Assembly: GCA_036833715.1 (NCBI GenBank) | Contig: DAITPG010000001.1 | Span: 1-48,427 of the forward strand | Direction of reading: 5' to 3' | Source: Eubacteriaceae bacterium | GTDB lineage: Bacteria; Bacillota; Clostridia; Eubacteriales; Anaerofustaceae | DNA length: 48,427 bases | Part shown: positions 19,945-29,350 of the stretch, piece after piece | Layout of the letters: each line of letters begins with the position of its first letter | Position numbering within the stretch: the first letter of the stretch is position 1 | Made by a program: the position numbers and the translations under genes | Notes under the pieces: generated by a model | What the model saw: the letters and a program-made list of their open reading frames with translations, nothing else | Told to the model about the DNA's origin: nothing | Databases searched by the model: none

Positions 19945-20850
19945 TTAGTATAATCCGTTTTGGATTTTGGTAGCTTTGATGATGTGCTGGCCCAAAAGCG
20001 CCGTCGTGATCGGGCCCGTGCCGCCGCCGCATCCGGGCGTGGCGGAGGTGATCATGGCTACTTTTTCAAGGCAGTCGACATGAGCGTCGCCGGTTCTGAT
20101 CGGTTTGCCGTTTTCGTCAAGCACCAACTGTCTGTTTTCGTCCTTCATCTGAGCCATGGCAACGTCGATGAGGATGCAGTTTTCGTTGAGCTGGTCCGCT
20201 TTCACAAGGCCGTAAATGCCCGCTGCGGAAACAACGATATCCGCTTTGAGCGTATAGGATTTCACGTCTTTTGTGAATACGTGGCATAGCGTAACGGTCG
20301 CGAATTCGTTGGTCATCATGATCGCAAGCGGTTTGCCCAAAACGTTGGAGTTGTTGATAATCACAACGTCTTTGCCTTTGATGTCGATGTTATAATATTT
20401 TAAAAGTTCCATTACGCCTTCGGCTGTGCAGGGGAAAAATCCTCTTTCGTCGGCGATCATGAGTTTGCCGAGGTTGGTCGGGTTGAGCGCGTCGGGATCT
20501 TTTTCGGGGCTTAAGATATATTTGATTTCTTCTTCGTTGAGCTGTTCGGGAAGGGGTTTGAAAATAAGCACGGAATTGATGTTTTTATCGTCGTTGATTT
20601 CTTTGAGCTTGGCTACAAAATCGGCGTGCGTTACTTCGATCGGGAAGGTGATGGATTCGACTTTGATGTTGGATTTGCCCATACGGGTAATGATACTTTT
20701 TTCGTAAGAGATGGAACCGGGATCATCGCCTACGCGCATGATGGCAAGCGTCGGCTGAATGCCTTTTTCGATCAATGCGTTCGCGTCTTCAAGGATCTGC
20801 GCGAGCATATTTTCGCTGACATCTTTGCCGGATAATAATTTTGCTGTCAT
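19945..20850 (-). CDS. folD: Methylene-THF dehydrogenase/methenyl-THF cyclohydrolase
   Basis: 301 aa. FolD motifs PTLAIMRVGDDPGS, YEKS, CTAEGVMELL, and PGCGGGTGPITTALL. Confidence 0.92.
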   Translation of the reverse strand: MTAKLLSGKDVSENMLAQILEDANALIEKGIQPTLAIMRVGDDPGSISYEKSIITRMGKSNIKVESITFPIEVTHADFVAKLKEINDDKNINSVLIFKPLPEQLNEEEIKYILSPEKDPDALNPTNLGKLMIADERGFFPCTAEGVMELLKYYNIDIKGKDVVIINNSNVLGKPLAIMMTNEFATVTLCHVFTKDVKSYTLKADIVVSAAGIYGLVKADQLNENCILIDVAMAQMKDENRQLVLDENGKPIRTGDAHVDCLEKVAMITSATPGCGGGTGPITTALLGQHIIKATKIQNGLY

Positions 20851-20859
20851 AGTATTCTC

Positions 20860-21492
20860 CTATTTCTCCAAAATTTTAAGAACAGTTTCATATACGCTGT
20901 CGCATATCTTCATGCCGTCTTCAACCATCGGCACAAGTTCTTTTCTTAAGTTATCGACATATTCCTTATCGGTGATCATGTTGATGTTGATGACAACATT
21001 CAACCATCCGCCAACCAGCGAGCTGCGCAGCATCTGTACGCCGCAGCCAACGTCCGATAACGCAAGCTTGGAGCCTTTGGTAACAAGCTCCTGCTGAAGT
21101 TTGATCGCGTCGAAGGAAACCTTCACCAACGCAATCGGCACGCCGCAGGCGACTTTTAACGCGGCCTGAAGCGTTTCTTCTTTATATTTCTTCTCTTCTT
21201 CCGTTTCTTTCGGAAGTCCGTATGCTTTAGAAAGTGGCAGGAAATTTTCGGCATCCTGATCGATCATGTTCATAAAATCGGTTTTGATCTTTTCGGCTTC
21301 CGCCATAATCCTCTGGATGTCCGCTTCATATTCTGCGTAGGCCTTTTTGCCTGTCGTCAGATTGCAGACCATGCCACCCAGCGCGATGCCCAATGCGCCC
21401 ACCAGCGCGGAAACACCGCCGCCACCGGGTACGGCCGCTTTGGAAAAGGTTTCGTCCACAAACTTATCGCAGCCCAATTGTGCGTATTTCAT
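20860..21492 (-). CDS. fchA: Methenyl-THF cyclohydrolase (cyclodeaminase/cyclohydrolase family)
   Basis: 210-aa all-helical protein. PGGGGVSALVGALG is the FTCD_C-type motif. Sits in the fhs-fchA-folD order known from acetogens. Confidence 0.85.
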   Translation of the reverse strand: MKYAQLGCDKFVDETFSKAAVPGGGGVSALVGALGIALGGMVCNLTTGKKAYAEYEADIQRIMAEAEKIKTDFMNMIDQDAENFLPLSKAYGLPKETEEEKKYKEETLQAALKVACGVPIALVKVSFDAIKLQQELVTKGSKLALSDVGCGVQMLRSSLVGGWLNVVININMITDKEYVDNLRKELVPMVEDGMKICDSVYETVLKILEK

Positions 21493-21655
21493 TATAAGCT
21501 CCTCTCCGATCTTGCACAGACCGATGAATGCCCGATCTGTCGGATGCGTTTCATCCGTCTTTGCAAAATATGGGATTTAGGTTTACATAGGATAATTGCA
21601 GCAGCCTGCAATGCAGGATGCTGCAATTAAGCAGTAGCAATATTTTTTGTTATTT

Positions 21656-23335
21656 CTAGAATAATCCGCTGATTTTGCCGTTGTTGTCAACGTCGATCTT
21701 TTCAGCCGAGGGAACTTTCGGTAAGCCGGGCATTTTCATGATCGCGCCTGTAACCGCAACAATGAATCCTGCACCTGCGCTGAGTGTGATTTCTCTGATC
21801 GTAACTCTGAAGCCGGTCGGTCTGCCGAGTTTTGTCTGGTCGTCCGTGAGGGAATATTGTGTTTTAGCCATGCAGATCGGCAGGTTGCCGTATCCGAGTT
21901 TTTCAAGGTTTGCGATTTCTTTAGCAGCCGCAGCGGAGAAGTCTACGCCGTCAGCGCCATAGATTTTTGTAGCGATCGCGGTGATCTTGTCTTTGATCGG
22001 AGCGTCGAGCTCATAAGCGTAGCTGATTGTGGACGGCTGTTCGCAAAGTCTTACAACTTCTTCAGCCAGTTCTCTTCCGCCTTCGCCGCCGTTAGCCCAT
22101 ACGTCGGAAATCTTAACGTTAACGCCGAGTTCCGCGCATTTCGATTCAACCAAAGCAACTTCAGCCGCAGTGTCGAATGCGAATTTGTTGAGAGCCACCA
22201 CTGCCGGAAGTCCGAATACTTTCGTGATATTTTCAACGTGTTTGAGAAGGTTCGGAAGTCCTTTTTCAAGTGCTTCGAGGTTTTCGGTCGTAAGTTCCGC
22301 TTTCGGTACTCCGCCGTTGTATTTGAGAGCTTTGATCGTTGCAACGATGATAACCGCATCCGGTTTCAACCCTGCAAGTCTGCATTTGATGTCGATGAAT
22401 TTTTCAGCACCGAGGTCAGCGCCGAAGCCGGCTTCCGTTACTACGTAATCGGCAAAGTGCATTGCCATTTTGGTAGCGGTTACGGAGTTGCAGCCGTGAG
22501 CGATGTTAGCGAACGGTCCGCCGTGGATAAATGCCGGCGTTCCTTCGAGTGTCTGAACGAGGTTCGGTTTTAAAGCGTCTTTGAGCAATGCGGCCATAGC
22601 GCCCTGAGCATTGATCTGTCCTGCTGTTACAGGTTCGCCTTTTCTTGTATAAGCGACAACGATTCTTGCGAATCTTGCTTTAAGGTCATCAATGGAGTTA
22701 GCAAGGCAGAAAATTGCCATAACTTCGCTTGCAACGGTGATATCGAAACCGTCTTCTCTCGGCATGCCTTCGCTTTTTCCGCCGAGACCGTCGATGATTT
22801 TTCTGAGCTGTCTGTCGTTCATGTCAACCGCACGTCTCCATACGATTCTTCTGGGGTCGATGTCAAGATCATTGCCCTGATAGATGTGGTTGTCGATCAT
22901 TGCTGCGAGCAGGTTGTTTGCCGCGCCGATCGCATGGAAGTCGCCCGTGAAGTGAAGATTGATATCTTCCATCGGTACTACCTGTGCATAGCCGCCGCCA
23001 GCAGCGCCGCCTTTGACGCCGAATACGGGTCCGAGGGAAGGTTCTCTGAGAGCAACGATAACGTTTTTGCCGATTTTTGCAAGTCCGTCGCAAACACCGA
23101 CGGTCGTCGTTGTTTTGCCTTCGCCCGCAGGTGTCGGATTGATCGCGGTTGTGAGGATCAATTTAGCTTTGTTGCCTGAACCCGGCGTCGTATTCAAAAG
23201 ATTGTAGTCAACTTTTGCTTTATACTTGCCGTATAATTCAAGATCATCCTCTGTTAAATTGAGTCTTTTTGCGACCTCTCTGATATCAAGCGGCGTCGCT
23301 TCCTGAGCGATCTCAATGTCTGATTTAAAACCCAT
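21656..23335 (-). CDS. fhs: Formate-tetrahydrofolate ligase
   Basis: 559 aa. [15 protein letters not shown]-loop and the [15 protein letters not shown] motif. Confidence 0.97.
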   Translation of the reverse strand: MGFKSDIEIAQEATPLDIREVAKRLNLTEDDLELYGKYKAKVDYNLLNTTPGSGNKAKLILTTAINPTPAGEGKTTTTVGVCDGLAKIGKNVIVALREPSLGPVFGVKGGAAGGGYAQVVPMEDINLHFTGDFHAIGAANNLLAAMIDNHIYQGNDLDIDPRRIVWRRAVDMNDRQLRKIIDGLGGKSEGMPREDGFDITVASEVMAIFCLANSIDDLKARFARIVVAYTRKGEPVTAGQINAQGAMAALLKDALKPNLVQTLEGTPAFIHGGPFANIAHGCNSVTATKMAMHFADYVVTEAGFGADLGAEKFIDIKCRLAGLKPDAVIIVATIKALKYNGGVPKAELTTENLEALEKGLPNLLKHVENITKVFGLPAVVALNKFAFDTAAEVALVESKCAELGVNVKISDVWANGGEGGRELAEEVVRLCEQPSTISYAYELDAPIKDKITAIATKIYGADGVDFSAAAAKEIANLEKLGYGNLPICMAKTQYSLTDDQTKLGRPTGFRVTIREITLSAGAGFIVAVTGAIMKMPGLPKVPSAEKIDVDNNGKISGLF

Positions 23336-23365
23336 TACAATACCTCCAAATATTTGTAGTGTTTT

Positions 23366-24154
23366 TTATTTTTTTTGAAGCTTATATCGTGCGATTACAT
23401 TACACAGGATAAAGCACACAAACGTAAAGATTGGGATAACCACGATCGATTTTAAAAATCTCATGGGCAGCATTGCAAAAACAGCCATGCTGTAAAGCTG
23501 GGATAGAAATATGCTATTCAACACAAGACTGCAAACGATTTCCACACTGGTCACCGCGAACAAAATCTTGTCGACGGGTATATCGGTATCTTTGGTTTCT
23601 TTCTTTCGCAGGAACCAGATGATCGCGCCCAAGTACAAAGCGAATACCGCTAATAGGATCGCAAAGATATACCAGGGCATGGCTGCATCCTTCAAATAAA
23701 TCACCTTGTCCTTGATGGACACGACGTTATTCGCATTCAGCAGATAGATCATACCTCCCACGAGGACTACAAAATTGATAATGTTGAGAATGTAAAATTT
23801 GAATTCTTTGTTTTTTCTGGTCAGCCAAAAGATCAGGCCGGGGATAAATCCGGTCAGCGCGCTTGTCAGTGTAAAGCCGAAGAAGTACGGACCTGCCGGT
23901 TTGATGATGAAGTTGAGGATGTCGGAAATGGCGCCGACAGCCAGTCCCCAAATGGGACCCAGAAATATGCCGGACAGCATAATGGGCACCGAGGTGAAGT
24001 TAAATCTGAGCTGCGGCATGAAATAAATTTCAAATGCCATTTTCAGCACTAGACTTAATGCAACAAAAAGCGATGCCAGCACCAATCGGTTAACATATAG
24101 GCGTCCTCCTCCTATAGATTTGGTGTTGTTTGGTTTGGTAGCATTACTGGTCAT
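23366..24154 (-). CDS. folT: ECF transporter S component, folate-family (FolT-like)
   Basis: About 262 aa with 6-7 TM segments. Start set to ATG 24154 (MTSNATK). Immediately preceded by a THF riboswitch. Confidence 0.7.
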   Translation of the reverse strand: MTSNATKPNNTKSIGGGRLYVNRLVLASLFVALSLVLKMAFEIYFMPQLRFNFTSVPIMLSGIFLGPIWGLAVGAISDILNFIIKPAGPYFFGFTLTSALTGFIPGLIFWLTRKNKEFKFYILNIINFVVLVGGMIYLLNANNVVSIKDKVIYLKDAAMPWYIFAILLAVFALYLGAIIWFLRKKETKDTDIPVDKILFAVTSVEIVCSLVLNSIFLSQLYSMAVFAMLPMRFLKSIVVIPIFTFVCFILCNVIARYKLQKK

Positions 24155-24204
24155 AAACTTCCTTTCTGTAACGCTCCCGCAGGCAAGAAACAAAGTCTAA
24201 TGCC

Positions 24205-24305
24205 GAACCAGCGGAAGCGGCAAGGCACCGCAGCCGATCACTCGGCCTTCGTTCATAAGCTACATCCCATCTTATGATACTTAACGCGCCTTACCTACTC
24301 TGTTT
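24205..24305 (-). promoter_or_regulatory. THF (folT-motif) riboswitch
   Basis: The minus-strand RNA GAGUAGGUAAGGCGCGUUAAGUAUCAUAAGAUGGGAUGUAGCUUAUGAACGAAGGCCGAGUGAUCGGCUGCGGUGCCUUGCCGCUUCCGCU shares blocks with the THF-I aptamer as I recall it. The shared blocks are GAGUAG, CGCGUUAAGU, AUGGGAUGU, AACGAAG, GCGGUG and CCGCU. Confidence 0.8.
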
Positions 24306-24347
24306 TATTATTTAATTGTAGTCAAGTGTTGAATACAATAGATGTCG

Positions 24348-25157
24348 TTATTTTTTGATCGGTCCGATTTTTCCCTTTCTGTAAGCCATGTTATATTTTC
24401 TGCCGCTCTTGTCGATGCCCGAAAGCGCTTCGGCGGCATAAATCATTCCCATCATGTCTCTGTCAAGCGGATCCATAATCGCGGAATCGAGTCCCGCGCG
24501 AATGGCCATCGTCATGCAGCCCTGATTGATAATCTTTCTTACAGGCATTTCGAATGAGATATTGCTGATCGCGCCCGTGATCTTCACAGTGGGGGCGTAT
24601 TCTTTGATCTTGATAATGCATTGTTCAAAGTTTTTCATCGCATCCGGAGCCGTGGCAAGCGCCATAACAGCCGGGTCGATATGGATTCTATGCGGTTCCA
24701 CGCCATATTTGGCGCCTTTGTCGATGATGCTTTTTGCGATATCGACTTTCGTCTGCACGTCCATGGGAATGCCGTGTTCTTTATCACAGGTGAGTCCGAT
24801 GACTTCCCAGGTATTGCCCGTCATCAGCGGGAAGATCGTTTCGCATTTGGTGCCTTCTTCATTGATGGAATTGAACATGCCCGGCACTTTTGCCAGCGTG
24901 TAGATTTCTGCGAGAAGGTTTTCGTTGGGGCTGTCAATGGCAAGCGGCGTATCCGTGACTTCCTGTACGATATTGATAAGCCATGTAAGAACTTCTTTTT
25001 CTCTTTCCGCGTCTACGCTTGCGCAGACATCGATAAAACTGGCGCCCGCTTCGGCCTGAGCCAAGGCTCTTTTCTGAATAAATTCAACGTCTCTTTCTTC
25101 GATCGCTTTTTTAACGACGGGAATGGTTCCGTTGATTTTTTCACCGATGATGATCAT
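24348..25157 (-). CDS. Pterin-binding methyltransferase (methyl-THF:corrinoid or methylcorrinoid:THF type, MT2/MtrH-AcsE-like)
   Basis: 269 aa. IIGEKINGT...AGASFIDV...AIDSP is the pterin-binding (DHPS-like) barrel signature of corrinoid-dependent methyl-THF methyltransferases. Confidence 0.8.
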   Translation of the reverse strand: MIIIGEKINGTIPVVKKAIEERDVEFIQKRALAQAEAGASFIDVCASVDAEREKEVLTWLINIVQEVTDTPLAIDSPNENLLAEIYTLAKVPGMFNSINEEGTKCETIFPLMTGNTWEVIGLTCDKEHGIPMDVQTKVDIAKSIIDKGAKYGVEPHRIHIDPAVMALATAPDAMKNFEQCIIKIKEYAPTVKITGAISNISFEMPVRKIINQGCMTMAIRAGLDSAIMDPLDRDMMGMIYAAEALSGIDKSGRKYNMAYRKGKIGPIKK

Positions 25158-25494
25158 CTGTTATTCCTCCATGTTGTGCTGATTTCCAATATCATATAGA
25201 CCGTATAAATATTCGTAGCTATTATACTATAAATCATTCAGTTTTCGAAAGCATTTTTTTAGATATTTTACATATTTAAATAAATCGCTGTGCTGATATC
25301 ACCAATAATTAAAATGCTTACAAATTAAGTTTACTCAAGTCTTTACTTTTCTATTGATTAGCTTTATAATTAAATTGTAATTTTTTTAAGGAAAACAATA
25401 TCATTTCGAAAAATTGCATACGATTACAGAACGAGTAAATTGTACCATTAACTCAATTCAATTTCAAGCTTTTTTAATAAAACGGGAGGAAAAA

Positions 25495-27285
25495 ATGCAA
25501 AAGATCAAAGTAGATTTTACATTTGATGGTAAATCGATCGAGGTCGAAAAAGGTATGCTGTTATCAAAGATTTTGGAACAGGCAGGCTATCCGCAGGACC
25601 TTGTTTGCGGAGGAAACGGTAAATGCGGCAAATGTGTTACCGAAATTATCAGTGAAGGAAAAGAACAGTCCGTTTTGTCCTGTCAGACGGAAGTGGAAAA
25701 TGATATAACCGTCACCGAAATCCATAGCTTGGTCAACAGAAAGATCAATGTTCTTACCTCAACGCAATTTGAAACAAAAATCAATCCGTTCCTGCAAAAA
25801 CTGCCGGTGAGAGCCGAAACGATCAAGGCCGACCACTGCACAGGATTTGCGGAAAAAATAACCGAAAAATACAAATTGTCCGAATTCGGATATGATGCTT
25901 TGAAATCGCTTTCAGTGAACGCCAGCGTTTATAAACCCGATACCATGCTGAATCTGATTATATTCAAAAATGAAGTCATCGATATTCGCGCCGATGACAA
26001 AGGCGATATTTACGGGCTGGCCATCGACATCGGCTCTACGACCGTGGCGGCCTTTTTATATGACATGACGACGATGGAGCATATCCATACATATTCGTCT
26101 CTGAATGAACAGACCGCGCTGGGCGCCGATGTCATCAGCAGGATCGGATATTGCATCAAGGAAGAAAACGGCACACAAGTCATGCAGCAAATGATCGCCG
26201 GCACCATCAATAAACTCATCGATCAGGCCAAAGCGGACGGAGTGGACCCCGACCGTATCTATCATGTGGTATTATGCGGCAATTCTACCATGCAGCACTT
26301 GTTTTTGGGTCTTTATCCGGCGGCTCTCGGCAAGGCGCCTTTTGCCAGCACCACGAGAGATTTTGTAGAGATCAAAGGTTCCGAAAGCCTTCTTAAAATC
26401 AATCCCAACGGAAGGATCACCTTCCTGCCGCTTCTTGGCGGTTTTGTGGGAGCGGATACCACGGCCGTGCTCATCGGCGTCGAGGATGACGACAAGCCCC
26501 GTCTGATCATCGACCTTGGCACCAACGGCGAGATTGCGGTCGGCACAGACGAGAAGTACCTTGTGGCGTCCACTGCCTGCGGGCCCGCGCTTGAAGGCGC
26601 CGGACTTTCCTGCGGCATGCGCGCCGCCGACGGAGCCATCCAGCATTTTGTGATCGACGAAAACAAAAATGTTGTTCTTGATGTGATCGGTAACACCAAG
26701 CCCATCGGCATCTGCGGCTCGGGCATCATCGACATTTTAGCGGAGCTTTTGCGTGTGGGCGTTCTCAACAAACGCGGAAAAATGCTCAATAAAGAAGAAT
26801 ATACCGCCAAATACGGCGCAGATATATTATCCGAACGTATTTATAAGCTCGAAGACCAAACCGTGTTTCTTCTCGCTTCCGCAGCCGAAAGCGGTACCGG
26901 CGACGATGTTTATTTCGGACAGAAGGATTCCCGTTATGTGCAGCTTGCCAAAGCGGCCATTGCGACCGGATGCGAAATATTGGTGCAGAATTACGGACTG
27001 CCCAGAGAACACCTGCACGAGATCTGCCTTGCGGGCGCGTTCGGCAACTACCTGGATGTTCACAACGCTCAGTTTATCGGCCTTTTGCCCAAATATGAAG
27101 GCGTTCCCGTACGCTCCATCGGCAACGGCGCCGGCACGGGCGTACAGATGTATCTGCTCGATCAGGGCATTCACAAAAAGTGCAAAAAAGTGCAAAAAAA
27201 TTCCGAACACACCGAGCTCAACTTTGAAGAAAGCTTCAAGGAAACCTACTTCGATGAAATGACGTTTAAAAACGGCGTTATGTAA
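25495..27285 (+). CDS. Corrinoid activation/regeneration protein (RACo/RamA/AcsV-like; 2Fe-2S ferredoxin plus ASKHA ATPase)
   Basis: N-terminal plant-type 2Fe-2S CGGNGKCGKC...C, then ASKHA motifs (AIDIGSTTV, IDLGTNGE, GICGSG). Start trimmed to ATG 25495, which has a GGGAGG SD. Confidence 0.82.
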   Translation: MQKIKVDFTFDGKSIEVEKGMLLSKILEQAGYPQDLVCGGNGKCGKCVTEIISEGKEQSVLSCQTEVENDITVTEIHSLVNRKINVLTSTQFETKINPFLQKLPVRAETIKADHCTGFAEKITEKYKLSEFGYDALKSLSVNASVYKPDTMLNLIIFKNEVIDIRADDKGDIYGLAIDIGSTTVAAFLYDMTTMEHIHTYSSLNEQTALGADVISRIGYCIKEENGTQVMQQMIAGTINKLIDQAKADGVDPDRIYHVVLCGNSTMQHLFLGLYPAALGKAPFASTTRDFVEIKGSESLLKINPNGRITFLPLLGGFVGADTTAVLIGVEDDDKPRLIIDLGTNGEIAVGTDEKYLVASTACGPALEGAGLSCGMRAADGAIQHFVIDENKNVVLDVIGNTKPIGICGSGIIDILAELLRVGVLNKRGKMLNKEEYTAKYGADILSERIYKLEDQTVFLLASAAESGTGDDVYFGQKDSRYVQLAKAAIATGCEILVQNYGLPREHLHEICLAGAFGNYLDVHNAQFIGLLPKYEGVPVRSIGNGAGTGVQMYLLDQGIHKKCKKVQKNSEHTELNFEESFKETYFDEMTFKNGVM

Positions 27286-27288
27286 TTT

Positions 27289-27315
27289 AATCCTGCGGAA
27301 ACGCAGGATTTTTTA
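27289..27315 (+). terminator. Intrinsic terminator
   Basis: AATCCTGCG-GAAA-CGCAGGATT hairpin followed by T5. Confidence 0.7.
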
Positions 27316-27457
27316 ATTGAGTTTTCCCTGTATTTCATCTTCGTATGCCGGACAGACGAAACAACTCCAATAGGTTTGACATTGCAAGGCCGATATGAGA
27401 AAATAGTTGAAATATATTCGAATAAATCTGACAATAGGATACGAAAAAGGAGCGCTG

Positions 27458-29209
27458 ATGAAAATCGACACCGCCTTGCTCGCAAAAAGAATTCAAGTAG
27501 CGTCAAAGCAAATAAAAGCCGATCTGGTCGTTAAGAATTGCAGAATCGTCAATGTTTTTACAAGCGAAATAACTACTGGAGATATCGCCGTGGCCGACGG
27601 CTACATCGCAGGGATCGGAAGTTACGACGAAGCGGATACTGTGATCGAGGCAGCGGGCAAAACAGTGACGCCCGGCCTGATCGACGCGCATATGCACATC
27701 GAAAGCACCATGCTGACGCCGCGTGAATTATCCGGGGTATTGAGCATGCACGGGGTAACTACGGTCGTCGCGGATCCGCATGAGATCGCCAATGTTGCCG
27801 GCAAAACCGGGATCGATTATATGCTGAAGGCTTCGGAGGGCATTGTTACTGATATGTATTTTATGCTGCCTTCCTGCGTACCGCCCTGTGCGTTCGGCAC
27901 AAGCGGCGCGGAGCTTTCAGCGGATGATCTGCGATCGTTTTACAGCCATCCGCGTGTACTGGGACTGGCGGAGGTTATGGATTTTCCTGCGGTTGCGGGC
28001 GTTTCGGAGGATATGCTTTGTAAGATAATCGGAGCGTCGGAAAACGGCAGGATCATCGACGGCCATGCCGCGGGACTGAAAAAGGAAGCGCTGAATATTT
28101 ATGCGGCCGCGGGTATAGCTTCGGATCATGAATGCGCCATCGCTTCAGACGCAAAGGAACGGCTCGAATGCGGCATGTATCTGATGATACGCGAAGGCAC
28201 GGCCGCTAAAGACCTGAAGGCTTTGCTGCCCGCGGTAAACCAAGCCACCGCGCGCCGCTGTATGTTTGTTACGGACGACAAGCTGCCCAACGATTTAGCA
28301 GCCGAAGGCAGCGTAGATCATAATATCCGACTGGCAATTGCGGAGGGGCTAGATCCTGTAACGGCCGTGCAGATGGCTACCCTCAACGCAGCCGAGTATT
28401 TCGGGCTCAAACATCTTGGCGCCGTAGCGCCGGGCAGACAGGCTGATTTCGTGATTTTAAACGATCTGGATAATTTTGAAATTGACAGCGTCTTTAAAAA
28501 GGGTGTATGCGTGTTTGGGAACAGTCAAACGGAAAGATTTACGGCGGAACCGGCGACCGTGCCGGAAAGCGAAATTTTGCCGGTCTTTCATGTTAAAAAA
28601 ATTCATAAAAGCGACTTGATGTTGAAGGTCGGTTCAGATCGCTGCAATATCATTGAAATCGTACCCGACAGCCTGTATACGCATCATCGGGCGGAACAGG
28701 TAGATCATACAAACGGGTATTTTATTCCTTCGATAGATAAGGATCGGCTTAAACTTGCTGTGATCGAGCGCCATAAAGGCACCGGAAACATCGGGCTGGG
28801 CATCGTCAAAGGGTTCGGGCTTAAAAAGGGTGCCATCGCGACTTCCGTCGCGCACGATTCGCACAACATCGTGGCCGTTGGGGTCACGGACGAGGATATC
28901 CTCGCTGCGGTCGAAAAACTCATTGAAACCAACGGAGGCATTGCGATTGCTTCCGGCGGAACCATCCTTGCCTCACTCTCGCTTTCCGTCGGCGGCCTCA
29001 TGTCCGATTTTCCTTATACCGAGGTTCTGGAAAAGCTGGAGTCCCTGTATCAAGCGCTTGAAAGGATAGGAGCCGACACTACCTTTGACCCGTTTTTGAC
29101 CCTTTCGTTTTTGACCCTGCCCGTGATCCCCGAAATCAAGCTTACCGATATGGGGCTTATACACTTCAAGACCTTTTCCCGCATTAAGGTTGAAGCGGAT
29201 CCAATGTGA
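27458..29209 (+). CDS. ade: Adenine deaminase
   Basis: 583 aa. [26 protein letters not shown] and DGHA motifs. Start trimmed to ATG 27458, which has an AAGGAG SD. Confidence 0.9.
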   Translation: MKIDTALLAKRIQVASKQIKADLVVKNCRIVNVFTSEITTGDIAVADGYIAGIGSYDEADTVIEAAGKTVTPGLIDAHMHIESTMLTPRELSGVLSMHGVTTVVADPHEIANVAGKTGIDYMLKASEGIVTDMYFMLPSCVPPCAFGTSGAELSADDLRSFYSHPRVLGLAEVMDFPAVAGVSEDMLCKIIGASENGRIIDGHAAGLKKEALNIYAAAGIASDHECAIASDAKERLECGMYLMIREGTAAKDLKALLPAVNQATARRCMFVTDDKLPNDLAAEGSVDHNIRLAIAEGLDPVTAVQMATLNAAEYFGLKHLGAVAPGRQADFVILNDLDNFEIDSVFKKGVCVFGNSQTERFTAEPATVPESEILPVFHVKKIHKSDLMLKVGSDRCNIIEIVPDSLYTHHRAEQVDHTNGYFIPSIDKDRLKLAVIERHKGTGNIGLGIVKGFGLKKGAIATSVAHDSHNIVAVGVTDEDILAAVEKLIETNGGIAIASGGTILASLSLSVGGLMSDFPYTEVLEKLESLYQALERIGADTTFDPFLTLSFLTLPVIPEIKLTDMGLIHFKTFSRIKVEADPM

Positions 29210-29240
29210 CGATCCTTTAAAAGTCAAAAAAACAGCAACG

Positions 29241-29268
29241 GCTTCCGCCTGCAACCGGAAGCTTTTTT
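29241..29268 (+). terminator. Intrinsic terminator
   Basis: GCTTCCG...CGGAAGC hairpin followed by T6. Confidence 0.7.
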
Positions 29269-29350
29269 AAAATCCAAAAAAAATGTGACGCAAATCCAAT
29301 ACTATTCGTCTTGAAGATTGAAAGCAATGTGGGCAGAAAGGGTTTTATGC

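Noticed and set aside
21675-23207. Multiple plus-strand ORFs inside fhs (for example 21857-22573, 238 aa)
   Set aside because: They run antisense to a 559-aa formate-THF ligase with canonical motifs. Their composition (Phe/Ser/Arg-rich) is typical of reverse-frame artefacts. The same reasoning applies to ORFs antisense to lpdA, metF, folD, RACo, ade, the M20 peptidase, lplA, PiT and the anti-sigma gene.
14773-23335. Considered flagging the fhs-fchA-folD-metV-metF-lpdA-gcvH order itself as novel
   Set aside because: This gene order is the established methyl-branch arrangement of clostridial acetogens. Only the surrounding context (folT riboswitch, FNT, absence of acs) is reported.
27316-27457. 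Looked for a purine (adenine/guanine) riboswitch upstream of adenine deaminase
   Set aside because: The conserved purine-aptamer blocks (UAUAA...AAUAUGG...GUUUCUACC...) are absent. Only a weak TTGACA-17-GAAAAT promoter-like element is present.
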